Origin: an uncultured Acidobacteriota bacterium
Lineage (GTDB): Bacteria > Acidobacteriota > Thermoanaerobaculia > Multivoradales > UBA5704
Direction: 5' to 3'
Length of the DNA: 64,000 nt
Assembly (NCBI GenBank): GCA_963770895.1
Contig: CAVYRF010000002.1
Span: 3,328,001-3,392,000, forward strand
Shown: piece by piece, positions 29,441 to 39,337 of the stretch
Layout: each line of letters begins with the position of its first letter
How positions within the stretch are numbered: the stretch's first letter is position 1
Notes under the pieces: generated by a model
Databases searched by the model: none
What the model was told of the DNA's origin: nothing
The model's input: the letters and a program-made list of their open reading frames with translations, nothing else
Program-made: the position numbers and the translations under genes

Positions 29441-31327
29441 CTATGGACAAGTTAGCGCGGCCGTGTCCTGGACGGGCGGCGCGGCCGTGCCTTCGGGATT
29501 TGTGTAGATCTTCTGGTGCCTGGTCTGGCCGTCGATGACCGTAACGGTGAAGCCGACGTTGGTGTCCGCAGCGTAGAAGATCCAGTACCGCTTGTTGACG
29601 GCGCAACCATCGATCACCTTGATCAGCATCTCTGGGTTGTCGGCGCTGAAGAACCAGAACAGCCCGCCCTGTTCGATCCCGAGGGTTTGCAGGGATATGG
29701 CGTTGCCCTTGCCGGCGTTGCCGCTGCCCGCGTTGTAGCTGACGGTCACCTGGAAGCGGCTGTCGATGCAGAGCGTCTTGGGGCCGGGGGTGCAATCGGC
29801 AGCGGCTTCCGGCGATGCGGCGATCGCGCTTCCGGGTGCTGACGCGATGGCGCTGGGGAATGACCAGGTGGCGTCATGCAGGGGCGAAGGCGCAAGGGCG
29901 CCGGCCGGAGGGGCGAGGTCCGCTGCGTCAGGGTCCGGTGGCGCCGGCGCGGTGGATGGGCCGTCGCCATTGATGCAGGCGAACGCCGAGGTGTCCTGGA
30001 TCGGCGGCGCGGCTCTGCCGTCAGAGTTGGTATAGGCCTTGGCCCGCCCGGTGCTGGTGTCCCTGACGGTGATCGTGAAGCCGACGTTGGTGCCGGCGGC
30101 GGAAAAGACCCAGAACTGCTGGTTGACCCCGCAGCCGTCCACTACCTTGACCAGCATCTCCGGGTTGTTGGCGGCGAAGAACCAGAAGAGGCCGCCTTGC
30201 GTGACGCCGAGGCTGCTGAGCTGGACGGCGGTGCCGTAGCCGGAGCTGCCTCCTCCCTCGGCGGTGTGGTAGGCGGTCTTGACCTGCCAGCGCCGGTCGC
30301 CTGGCTGGTCGTCGAGGCACAGGCTGCCGCCGCCGGGCGAGCAGGGCGGCGCGGCACGGCCGATCTTTCCGGCAAGGCCCTCGCTGAACCACATGTTGCC
30401 ATCCGGCCCGCCGGTGATCGCCTGCGGATAGGCGCCCGCGGTCGGAATCTGCACCTCGGTCACCGCCCCGGCGGTGGTGATCCAGCCGATGGCGTTGGCG
30501 TTCTCGTTTTCGACGAACCAGAGGTTGCCGTCGGGTCCCGTGGCGATCTGATAGGCGGGGTTGGTGGTCGGGAACTTGGTGATATCGCCGGCGGCGGTCA
30601 TGCGCCCGATCTGGTTGGTGAACTCCATGGTGAACCATAGGTTGCCGTCCGGCCCGGAGGCGATGCCGATCGGGCTCGGTGGGCATGGGAACTCCGTCAA
30701 CGCGCCGCCGGGAGTGATGCGGCCGATCTTGGCGGCGAAGCCCTCCGTAAACCAGAGATTGCCGTCGGGTCCGGTGGTGATGTCGGTCGGCGCCGAGCCG
30801 GCGTACGGCAGCGGCAGCTCGGTGATCGCGCCTGCGGTCGTGATGCGCCCGATCTTGCCGCTGTTGTACTCGGTGAACCAGAGGTTTCCGTCGGGGCCGG
30901 GCGTGATTCCGGCCGGGTCCGCCAGCGCGGTAGGCAACGGGAACTCGGTGATCACACCTGCCGGCGTGATGCGCGCGATCTTGTTGCCCAACGGCTCGGT
31001 GAACCAGACGTTGCCGTCGGGGCCCGGGGCGATCCCCGCGGGATTCTCGACGTAGAAGACGTTGGCGGCGACCGGGAATTCTCCGAGCACGACGCCGGAT
31101 GGGGACATCTTGCCGATCTTGCTCGCCCGTATCTCGATGAACCAAAGGTTGCCGTCGGGCCCGGTGGTGATGCTCGCCGGATCCGAGTTCGCGGCCGGCA
31201 GCGGGAACTCGGTGATCGGGATGGTGGCGGCCGAGACGGCTGCCACCCCTGCGGACAGCACGGTACAGAGCGCAATCGCCGCAGGTCTGGCGAGGCGCGA
31301 GCAGTTCGACACGATCGAGCGGGCCAT
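29441..31327 (-). CDS. Secreted Vgb (virginiamycin B lyase)-like beta-propeller with two conserved C-terminal domains
   Basis: Seven GPDGN[LVM]WF repeats; signal peptide; two FWFF..NPEML.KV.DGC domains; AGGAGG RBS. Confidence 0.88.
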   Translation of the reverse strand: MARSIVSNCSRLARPAAIALCTVLSAGVAAVSAATIPITEFPLPAANSDPASITTGPDGNLWFIEIRASKIGKMSPSGVVLGEFPVAANVFYVENPAGIAPGPDGNVWFTEPLGNKIARITPAGVITEFPLPTALADPAGITPGPDGNLWFTEYNSGKIGRITTAGAITELPLPYAGSAPTDITTGPDGNLWFTEGFAAKIGRITPGGALTEFPCPPSPIGIASGPDGNLWFTMEFTNQIGRMTAAGDITKFPTTNPAYQIATGPDGNLWFVENENANAIGWITTAGAVTEVQIPTAGAYPQAITGGPDGNMWFSEGLAGKIGRAAPPCSPGGGSLCLDDQPGDRRWQVKTAYHTAEGGGSSGYGTAVQLSSLGVTQGGLFWFFAANNPEMLVKVVDGCGVNQQFWVFSAAGTNVGFTITVRDTSTGRAKAYTNSDGRAAPPIQDTSAFACINGDGPSTAPAPPDPDAADLAPPAGALAPSPLHDATWSFPSAIASAPGSAIAASPEAAADCTPGPKTLCIDSRFQVTVSYNAGSGNAGKGNAISLQTLGIEQGGLFWFFSADNPEMLIKVIDGCAVNKRYWIFYAADTNVGFTVTVIDGQTRHQKIYTNPEGTAAPPVQDTAALTCP

Positions 31328-31465
31328 GGGAGAGCCTCCTGACGAGATAGATCGGGTGCGGCGCTGCCGCGCAGAACGCAGTGTAATCAAAGATGCTAGC
31401 AGGGCGACTATCGAGCGAGCAAGGCGACTCCGGCCCGGCAGTGACAGCGGAGTAGGATTATCGCC

Positions 31466-33067
31466 ATGGGGAAGGTCGCCTTGGGGGTGGCCGTCGCGGC
31501 GGCGCTGGTCGCGGCGGCAGTGCCGGTGCTCTGCGCCCAGCCTCTGCCTGCGGCGATTGCTCAGCTCGACCACACGGTGTGGACGGTCCGCGACGGCGCT
31601 CCCGTGGGAGTCAACGCGCTCGCGCAGTCCGCCGACGGTGTGCTGTGGATCGGCACCACCACGGGCCTCTACCAGTTCGACGGCGTGGAGTTCGCGCCGT
31701 ACGAGCCAGGCGCGGGGCAAGCGCTGCTCTCGCTGTCGGTGTCGACGCTGCTGGCGCTGCCGGACGGCGGGCTCTGGGTCGGCTACCACTGGGGCGGCGT
31801 CAGCTCGCTCGTCAGGGGACGGCTCACCAGTTGGCTGCCGGGGGACGCGCTGCCCAGCGGCACGGTGACCGGGCTCGCTCGCGACAGCAGTGGGGAGATC
31901 TGGGCGTCGACAACGACCGGTCTTGCGCGGTTCCGCGGCGGGCTCTGGAACCGTCTCGGTGCCGAGAGCGGCTACCCGGGTGGCATGACCTCCGACCTCG
32001 TCGTGGACCGTAGCGGTGCGGTGTGGGCGGCCACCGCGAGCGGCGTTTTCGTGCAGCCGCGGGGTGCCAGCCGGTTCGAGCGGCGGGCGCCGTCGCTCGA
32101 TCCGTCCGCCGGCGGCGGCGGGGTTCCGCGCCAGGCGCCCGACGGCTCGATCTGGGCGTCGTCGATGACGCTTGGCCTGACGCAGCTGGCCGATGCTTCG
32201 GGAGCGGCGACACCGCCCGCGACGGCGGCGGCCGGACTCGGCGCGGCGTGTAACCTCATGGTGGATCGCCATGCCAAGGCCTGGGTGACGCTCGGCGTCG
32301 GTCTGGTGTACGCGCCGCTCCCGGCGCGCACGGACGGTGCATCCGCGCGCCTTCGGCCGCGGCCGCCGCTGCCCTGGGTGCGGGTTCCCGTGGCGAGTGG
32401 CGATCAGGTGAGCTCCCTGCTGGAGGACCGCGAGGGGAACGTATGGGTGGGAACCACCGGAGGTCTCGATCAGTATCGCGAGACGAAGCTCAAGCCGGTG
32501 GTGTTCCCGCGGCCGATCGTCAAACCGGCTCTTGTCTCCGAGGCGACGAACGGTGCCGAGGCCGTCACGCTCTTCGCGGCCCACCGGCCGGACGTCGTCC
32601 TGATCGACCTGCGCATGCCGAAGCTCGACGGCGTGGGCGCCATTCAGGCGATCCGCGCCGTCGACCCCGGCGCGCGGCTGGTGGCGCTGACCACCTACGA
32701 GGGCGACGGCGACATCCACCGTGCGCTGAGCGCCGGCGCCTGCGGCTACCTGCTCAAGGACGCGTTGGTCGGAGAGCTGGTCAACGCGGTCCGCGCGGTG
32801 GCTGCCGGCAAGCGGGTCATCCCGCCGGCCGTCGCGAATCGGCTAGCCGAGTTCACGCCGCGCGACGACCTCAGCGCCCGCGAGCGCGAGGTGCTGCTGT
32901 ACGTGGCACGAGGTCTGGGCAACAAACAGATCGCGCGCGCCATCGGGCGTTCGGCCGAGACCATGAAAGCCCACCTTGAAAGCGCCTTCCAGAAGCTCGG
33001 CGCTCGGGACCGCACGCACGCCGTCACCTTGGCCCCGCAACGCGGGAACATCCACCTGGACGAGTAG
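31466..33067 (+). CDS. In-frame fusion of a sensor beta-propeller N-terminus with a NarL-type response regulator (probable deletion product)
   Basis: Signal peptide; AQSADGVLWIGT and EDREGNVWVGT repeats, then EATNGAEA..PDVVLIDLRMP..GYLLK and LuxR HTH LSAREREVL. Confidence 0.78.
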   Translation: MGKVALGVAVAAALVAAAVPVLCAQPLPAAIAQLDHTVWTVRDGAPVGVNALAQSADGVLWIGTTTGLYQFDGVEFAPYEPGAGQALLSLSVSTLLALPDGGLWVGYHWGGVSSLVRGRLTSWLPGDALPSGTVTGLARDSSGEIWASTTTGLARFRGGLWNRLGAESGYPGGMTSDLVVDRSGAVWAATASGVFVQPRGASRFERRAPSLDPSAGGGGVPRQAPDGSIWASSMTLGLTQLADASGAATPPATAAAGLGAACNLMVDRHAKAWVTLGVGLVYAPLPARTDGASARLRPRPPLPWVRVPVASGDQVSSLLEDREGNVWVGTTGGLDQYRETKLKPVVFPRPIVKPALVSEATNGAEAVTLFAAHRPDVVLIDLRMPKLDGVGAIQAIRAVDPGARLVALTTYEGDGDIHRALSAGACGYLLKDALVGELVNAVRAVAAGKRVIPPAVANRLAEFTPRDDLSAREREVLLYVARGLGNKQIARAIGRSAETMKAHLESAFQKLGARDRTHAVTLAPQRGNIHLDE

Positions 33068-33173
33068 CCGCCGGCGCCATCTGCGCCGACCCGCGGCCAC
33101 GGTCCTGGGACAAGCGCTTGCATGACGGCGCCAGGCAGCAGGGTGGCGACTTTGTGGTCTTATTGCAGGAGCA

Positions 33174-34661
33174 GTGTCGCCGCTGGCTGGGCGATTACCC
33201 CCAGCGCCGTTTCACGCGTGCGGAGATGGAGGAACGCTGATTTTCTCGACACCAGGATCGCGGGCGTCCTCCTCTGCCGTTCGACTCACCTCGGGGCCTG
33301 AGCCGGTGCAGGTCGTCCTGGTGGCCGGTGTCGATCCTGTCCACAACGCCGGCGGGCATGAAAGCTACGTTGTCAGCCATGGGCTCGCGGCTCGCGCCGT
33401 GGGGTTCTCTCCCGCCATCTTCTGCCTTGGTAGCCACAACGCGGAGGAGGCGACGGAGTTCGGTACCCTGCGGCGGATCGCCTCACCGGTGAGGCCGTTT
33501 CGCGGCTTCATGGTCGCTCTGCACAGCCCGTTTCTGGTGGCTGGCATCCTGCGGTTTCTGCGTCATCGACCCGGACCGGTGCTGCTCCACGCCTTTGGCA
33601 TCTGGTCCTATGTCGCGGCCAAGGTCGCCAAGGTGCTGCGTCGCCAGGGCCGCAGTGTCGCGTCGCTGGCGAGCGCCTATACCTCCTGCCGGCATGAGTC
33701 CCGCGAGAAACTTGGCGGGCTTCACCGTGACCACGGGCTACGCCAGCGCTGGCGGCATACCCGCGAGTATGTGCTGCTGCGCCTCATCGGCACGCGCGCC
33801 GAGCGCCGCGGCTACCAGGCGCAGGACCTGGTTCTCGTGAACTACGATGCGGTGCGCCGCCGATTGATCGCCGACTGCCGGTTGCGCGTCGAGATCCGCC
33901 AGGTTCCCTACGCCGCGCCGGCGGCGTTTCGGCACCCGCTCGCCTTGCAGCCCGCTGCAACCACGCCGGTCCTCATGGAGCTGCAACCTGTCGACGCGCC
34001 GCTCATCGTCTCGGTGTCGCGCCAGGATCCACGCAAAGGTGTCGATGTGCTCCTGCGGGCGTTGGCCGTGCTGCACCGCGACGGCCGTTGCTTCCGTGCC
34101 TGCGTGCTGAGCGCTGGACCTCTCCTCCTTCCTCATCGCCAACTCGCCACGCAGCTGGGGCTCGGCGCGACGACGGCCCTGCCGGGCCGGGTGAGCGATC
34201 CCTTCGCCTTCCTGCGCCACGCGGATGTGTTTGTTCTTCCGTCCTTGCAAGAGGGCAGCGGGTCGCTCTCTTTGCTCGAGGCCATGCAGGCGGGATGTGC
34301 GGTGGTCGCGTCGGCTTGCGACGGCCTGGTCGAGGACCTGGTGGATGGAGACAACGCTCTCCTGGTCCCCCGTGGCGACGTCGCCGCGTTGAGCGCCGCG
34401 CTCGGCCGGCTCCTTGCCGATGACGAGTTGCGGCGCCGCCTGGCCTGCCGCGCGCGTGCGACCTACGAGGAGAGGTTCTCGGCCGGACGCTTCGCCGCTG
34501 CCCTGGGAAGCGTCTACACGACGATGATCGATGCTGCCCTGACGGACACAGTGCGCACAACCGACAGGCCTGTCGCCGCGTCCCAGGGCCTGCACGACGG
34601 GACGCGTGCCGGCGCGGCGCGAGATGCAGAACCCATCACGGTGGGAGCAGCAAGAACGTGA
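33174..34661 (+). CDS. Glycosyltransferase family 4
   Basis: R...KGVDVLL, ADVFVLPS.QEG..SLLEAMQAG; start uncertain. Confidence 0.88.
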   Translation: MSPLAGRLPPAPFHACGDGGTLIFSTPGSRASSSAVRLTSGPEPVQVVLVAGVDPVHNAGGHESYVVSHGLAARAVGFSPAIFCLGSHNAEEATEFGTLRRIASPVRPFRGFMVALHSPFLVAGILRFLRHRPGPVLLHAFGIWSYVAAKVAKVLRRQGRSVASLASAYTSCRHESREKLGGLHRDHGLRQRWRHTREYVLLRLIGTRAERRGYQAQDLVLVNYDAVRRRLIADCRLRVEIRQVPYAAPAAFRHPLALQPAATTPVLMELQPVDAPLIVSVSRQDPRKGVDVLLRALAVLHRDGRCFRACVLSAGPLLLPHRQLATQLGLGATTALPGRVSDPFAFLRHADVFVLPSLQEGSGSLSLLEAMQAGCAVVASACDGLVEDLVDGDNALLVPRGDVAALSAALGRLLADDELRRRLACRARATYEERFSAGRFAAALGSVYTTMIDAALTDTVRTTDRPVAASQGLHDGTRAGAARDAEPITVGAART

Positions 34662-36445
34662 TCCTGGTCGCTCGCGACACCAGGGTGATCGCGCGCCTGA
34701 TGTTGAGCTGCGCCTTGACTGGCTTGATGGCTTGCACGCCACGCGACAATAGCGCTACGGAGCACGATGAAGTGACGGTCGAACGCAGCGTCGCCGTGAA
34801 AATGCGCGACGGCGTCACCTTGCGGGCGCAGGTGTTCCATCCACGAAGGGCAGGCAGGTATCCCGTGCTGCTGGCGCGCACGCCCTACAACCGGAACAGC
34901 CTGACGGAGTTTTCTCTGCAGGCGGCGGCGCGCGGTTACGTGGTCGCCGTCCAGGACGTGCGGGGGCGGTACGCCTCGGAGGGGGAATGGTACCCCTTCC
35001 TGCACGAGGCCTCCGATGGCTACGACACGGTGGAGTGGGCGGCCGCGCTCCCCTGGTCGAACGGCAAGGTGGGAATGTTCGGCGGGTCCTACGTCGGGGC
35101 CACGCAGTTTCTTGCCGCGCTTGCCGATCCGCCGCACCTGGCGGGGCTTTGCCCCAACGACACGGCCTCCGACTACCACGACGGGTGGACCTATCACGGC
35201 GGTGCGTTCGAGCAATGGTTCGGCGAGTCATGGACGACAGCCCTGGCTGACAACACCCTGAGCCGGCGCGTCGCCGCCACCACCCATCCGCAGCGTTGGA
35301 CCCAGATCCTGCCGCTACGGTCCTATCCCGTGCTGGGCGCACCCTCGGCGGCGGTGCCGGCGCCGTACTTCAACGATTGGCTCGCGCACCCGACTGACGA
35401 CGAGTATTGGAAGCGGTGGTCCATCGCCGGCCACTCTTCCCAGATCCGCGTGCCGGTGTTCAACCTTGGCGGGTGGTACGACATCTTTCTGGGCGGCGCG
35501 TTGAGCAATTACCAGCGTCTCAAGACCGAGGCTGGGACGGCTGCGGCGCGCCGCGGCCAACGCCTGTTGCTGTATGTCGCCGGCCATGCCGGCGGATTGG
35601 ACTGGAGGCAGGTCGGCGCCGTCGATTTTGGCAAGCAGCTGCCGCTCGACCTCGGTGAGCTGACCCTGCGCTGGTACGACCATCTGTTGAAGGGTTTGGC
35701 CAATGGCGTCGATCGTGAGAAGCCGGTAAAGATCTTCGTCATGGGAGCGAACGCGTGGCGCGAGGAAGAGGATTGGCCGCTGCCGCGCGCCCAGGTCACG
35801 CCGTTTTACCTGCATTCGACTGGCGCGGCGAAAGGCAGCGAAGGCGGCGGCACGCTGGGTACCGATGCGCCTGCTCAAGAGAAGCCGGATCATTATGACT
35901 ACGATCCCGCCAACGCCGTGCCCACGATTGGCGGGCCCCTTTGTTGCGAACCCTTGCCGACCGGGATCGGCCCGCAGGATCAGCGTCCCGCCGAGACGCG
36001 AGCCGATGTGCTGGTGTTCTCCTCACCGGCCTTGACCGCAAGGACCGAGGTCACGGGCCCCATCGTGCTCGACCTCTACGTCAGCAGCTCCGCGGTCGAC
36101 ACCGACTTCACCGGCAAGTTGGTCGACGTCTGGCCTGATGGGTTTGCCCAGAACCTGACCGAAGGCATCCTCCGACTGCGCTATCGCCGTTCGCAAGAGA
36201 AGCCGGAGCTCGGCACGCCCCATCAGATCTACCGCATCCGCATCGACCTCGGTGCCACGAGCAATGTGTTCCTGCCCCGTCACCGGCTGCGGCTCGAGGT
36301 GTCCAGCAGCAACTTTCCGCGCTTCGATCGCAACCTCAACACCGGCGAGGACCAGAGTCGCGGGCTCCGGATGGTGAAAGCGACCAACGTCATCTATCAC
36401 GACCGCAGCCACCCTTCGGCGCTGATTCTCCCCCTCGTGCAGTAA
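34658..36445 (+). CDS. CocE/NonD-family hydrolase (peptidase S15), possible lipoprotein
   Basis: MRDGVTL, RTPYN, QDVRGRYASEG, GGSYVG, GGWYDIF, SSSNFPRFDRN. Confidence 0.92.
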   Translation: MILVARDTRVIARLMLSCALTGLMACTPRDNSATEHDEVTVERSVAVKMRDGVTLRAQVFHPRRAGRYPVLLARTPYNRNSLTEFSLQAAARGYVVAVQDVRGRYASEGEWYPFLHEASDGYDTVEWAAALPWSNGKVGMFGGSYVGATQFLAALADPPHLAGLCPNDTASDYHDGWTYHGGAFEQWFGESWTTALADNTLSRRVAATTHPQRWTQILPLRSYPVLGAPSAAVPAPYFNDWLAHPTDDEYWKRWSIAGHSSQIRVPVFNLGGWYDIFLGGALSNYQRLKTEAGTAAARRGQRLLLYVAGHAGGLDWRQVGAVDFGKQLPLDLGELTLRWYDHLLKGLANGVDREKPVKIFVMGANAWREEEDWPLPRAQVTPFYLHSTGAAKGSEGGGTLGTDAPAQEKPDHYDYDPANAVPTIGGPLCCEPLPTGIGPQDQRPAETRADVLVFSSPALTARTEVTGPIVLDLYVSSSAVDTDFTGKLVDVWPDGFAQNLTEGILRLRYRRSQEKPELGTPHQIYRIRIDLGATSNVFLPRHRLRLEVSSSNFPRFDRNLNTGEDQSRGLRMVKATNVIYHDRSHPSALILPLVQ

Positions 36446-36447
36446 TG

Positions 36448-37989
36448 TCAGCGCTTCAAGGTCTGGTCGTAGAACTGCGCCAGGTCGGCCTTCAGCTGGG
36501 TGAGCGCCTCGGGATGAAGGTAAATCATGTGGCCGGACTGGTAGTAGCCCCAATGGAGATTCTTCGCAAGGCTCGGATCGAGTCCCATGTGACCGACGGT
36601 GTACTCCGTCTCGAAAAACGGCGTGGCGAAATCGAAGTAGCCGTTGGCGAAGAAGACATGGAGCCCCGGGTTGCGGCTCAGCGCCTGGCGCAGGTCCTCG
36701 GCCACATCCGGCATTGCGGCGCGTCCCATATCAGTGCGGTGACGGTCGTCCCAGTTGCCGCCAATCTCCTGAAAGTTGTTCTCGCGGTAGAGATCCTCGG
36801 TCTCGAACTTGAGATCGCCTCGCAGATAGGCGTTGAAGGCGCCCACGAAGGCCGGGGCGATGGACTGGTCGGCGGCATCGTACTCCGTGGCCTCGCCCGC
36901 GGCGTCGTGGTCGATGCCCTTGAACCGTGCGTCGAGCTGGCCGATCGTGCGCCGCTCGCTGCGCAGCAGCTCCTTCTCGAAGCGAGCAGGACTGATGCGC
37001 AGGTTGGCGTTGCGGAGAAACGCGATCGGCAGGCCGGTGTAGCGGTGGAGCTTCTCCGCGGTCGCGGCAGCCACGCTCTCGCTGATGTGATCCCCGGCGG
37101 CGAGAGCCTGGAGGTACTCGCCGAGCGCAAAGCCGCGGACTTCGGCCAGGAAGGCCGGCAGATCGGCGGGCTGCGGGTCGAGCCGCTTGTGGTACCAGGC
37201 GGCCGCGGCCATGGTGGGTAGATAGAGCGCATACGGAGTGTCGCTCGAGAACGGTGGGCCGTTGAAGTCGTCCCACGCGTTGAGGTACGACGAGACCATC
37301 ACCACGCCGTTGAACGCGACGCCGGAATCGAGCAGACGGTTGAGCAGGCCAGCGGCGCGGGTCGTTCCGTAGGATTCGCCGAGCAGGAACTTCGGCGAAT
37401 TCCAGCGGCCGTTCTGGCTCACCCAGCGCTGGATGAACTGGGCAAACGCCGCGATGTCCGCGTCCGTGCCGTAGAAGTCCTTGCCCTCCCCTTTGCCGAT
37501 GATGCGCGAGAAGCCGGTGCCCATGGCGTCGATGAACACCAGATCCGTCTTGTCGAGCAGGGTCGAGGCATTCTCGGCCACGGTGTAGGGCGGCGGCGGC
37601 GAAGGCGCGCCGTCGGTCGTCACCACGCGCACCGGACTGAACGAGCCCATGTGAAGCCAGATCGATGAGGAACCCGGTCCGCCATTGAAGCAGAAGGTCA
37701 CGGGCCGCGCTTTCGCGTCCCGGCCGTCTGCCGTGTAGGCGACCGAGAACATCCGTCCGATCGGCTCATCCTTGTCGTTCTTGAGCTCGATGGTGCCCGC
37801 CGTCGCCGTGTAGTTGATCGCGGTCCCGCCGACGGAAATGTGGTGATGGGTCTGCGAAGGCTTCGGGGCCTCCGACTTTTTCTCATCCGCGGCCTTGTCG
37901 TCCTTCTTTTCGGGCTCCGCGGCCGCCGCCACGGCAGCCACGATCAGCCACGCTCCACACGCCAGCGCCCAACGCTTGTCGATCCTCAC
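36448..37989 (-). CDS. Secreted serine carboxypeptidase (peptidase S10)
   Basis: FNGGPGSSS, GTGFS, GESYG, GYFDFATP, GHMIY; GTG start with GGAGG RBS. Confidence 0.92.
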   Translation of the reverse strand: MRIDKRWALACGAWLIVAAVAAAAEPEKKDDKAADEKKSEAPKPSQTHHHISVGGTAINYTATAGTIELKNDKDEPIGRMFSVAYTADGRDAKARPVTFCFNGGPGSSSIWLHMGSFSPVRVVTTDGAPSPPPPYTVAENASTLLDKTDLVFIDAMGTGFSRIIGKGEGKDFYGTDADIAAFAQFIQRWVSQNGRWNSPKFLLGESYGTTRAAGLLNRLLDSGVAFNGVVMVSSYLNAWDDFNGPPFSSDTPYALYLPTMAAAAWYHKRLDPQPADLPAFLAEVRGFALGEYLQALAAGDHISESVAAATAEKLHRYTGLPIAFLRNANLRISPARFEKELLRSERRTIGQLDARFKGIDHDAAGEATEYDAADQSIAPAFVGAFNAYLRGDLKFETEDLYRENNFQEIGGNWDDRHRTDMGRAAMPDVAEDLRQALSRNPGLHVFFANGYFDFATPFFETEYTVGHMGLDPSLAKNLHWGYYQSGHMIYLHPEALTQLKADLAQFYDQTLKR

Positions 37990-38624
37990 GCTCGTGCCTC
38001 CTCGATCTGTGTCCGTGCGACCGCAGAGGCCGCAGCGGTTCCGTCCGCGCCAGGTCCCACCGATCCGGGTTCCTGCCGAGTCAGGAACGATATCGCGTGC
38101 TGCCTGCTTCGGGGGTCGGGACGCAGCAGTAGCCTGCACGATATACGAGCGGCCACGCTGACGGGTTGCAGCCGCGAGCCGCCCGCTGTCCGCCTGTGTC
38201 GATCGGGCACCGCGGCGGGTGGCCTGTCTGTGGGTAGAATGGCGCATCTCATTGCAGGTGGTCGCGGCGCCGCGGCGGCGTGGTGGCTTGGCCGGTGCGG
38301 AGCGGGCGCCGCGGGCCGGGAGGAGAGCGATGCGGTCAGGATGGGGTCTGTGCACGTGCCGGGGCGCGGGGCTCGTGGGGATGCTGCTGCTGGGGGCGGT
38401 GGTACGGGTGGCGGCTGCCAGCGCGGCTGGGGTGGGCGCGGTGTCGGCGGCGGCGGGGAGTGCGAGCGGGATGGCCGTGGGAGCGGGGCCGGCGGCACCG
38501 CGGTCTTGGCGGCGGCTTCACGGCTTTTGTACAGTCGGTGCCTCTTCGCAATGTATCGCATCGCGATGATAGTGACTGCGTTGTCGCACTGGCGCAATGG
38601 CTCTCACTGGCCATCGCCAGGCGA

Positions 38625-38700
38625 AAAACGGTCGCCTTCAGCCTGGAACGGGTGGTCGCCTTCAAACGGAATCAGTGGTCGCCTTCGACCGGAATACGCA
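38625..38700. mobile_element. Solo IS21-family terminus
   Basis: Three GGTCGCCTTC..GGAA repeats at about 23-bp spacing ending in GGAATACGCA; no transposase adjacent. Confidence 0.65.
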
Positions 38701-39337
38701 CGCTCCAGGAAGCCATGGGAGTCTTCGACAGGCTGCGGGAGGCCCGGCACCACGTCATGGAGTGTCGGCGCTCGCCGGCCGCGGCGGCGGCCCAGGTGTA
38801 CAGGGACCCGCAGAGATCGCTGCGCGCTCTCCTCGCCGATCGGGGTGGCGCCGCAACGCTGAAGAGAGGACAGGCCCACCGCTACGGCGAACTGCGAGGC
38901 CGAGGCGGCATCCTTCCCGCGAACCGCGAGCGAGCGGCCCTCCACGCCGTATCCTCCCTGACAGGCCGGCTCCATGCTCACGAGCGGAGCGTCGCCGCGC
39001 TGCACGGCGCCAAACAGGAGGCTCGCGAGCTGGCTGCCGGAATCTCCCTACGGCCGCCGAGCGTAGCGCGAGGCATTCATGGCACAAGAGCTGTCGAGGC
39101 CGCCGCCGCCGTCCTCGTCTCCCAGCGACCGCTCAGGATCGCGGGCAGCCAGACACTCCGCAGGATCTCGCCTTTACCGGCGACGGTGCATCGCGAGCGG
39201 GGTGATTAGCCGCGGATTGGACCTCGGACTCGAACGCTAGGGACTTCAACGGCGACGGCAAGGCCGACCTGGCAGTGCGCAAGCACTTGCCGCATCCAAG
39301 GGCGCTCACTCTGTGCCCGCGGCATACCCCAAGCCCG

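Noticed and set aside
31328-32719. N-terminal extension of the Vgb-like ORF to 1092 aa
   Set aside because: It overlaps the opposite-strand sensor gene; RBS and signal peptide support the start at 31327
38625-38700. Mini CRISPR array
   Set aside because: Repeats of about 10-15 bp with about 10-bp spacers are too short, there are no cas genes, and the pattern fits an IS21 end
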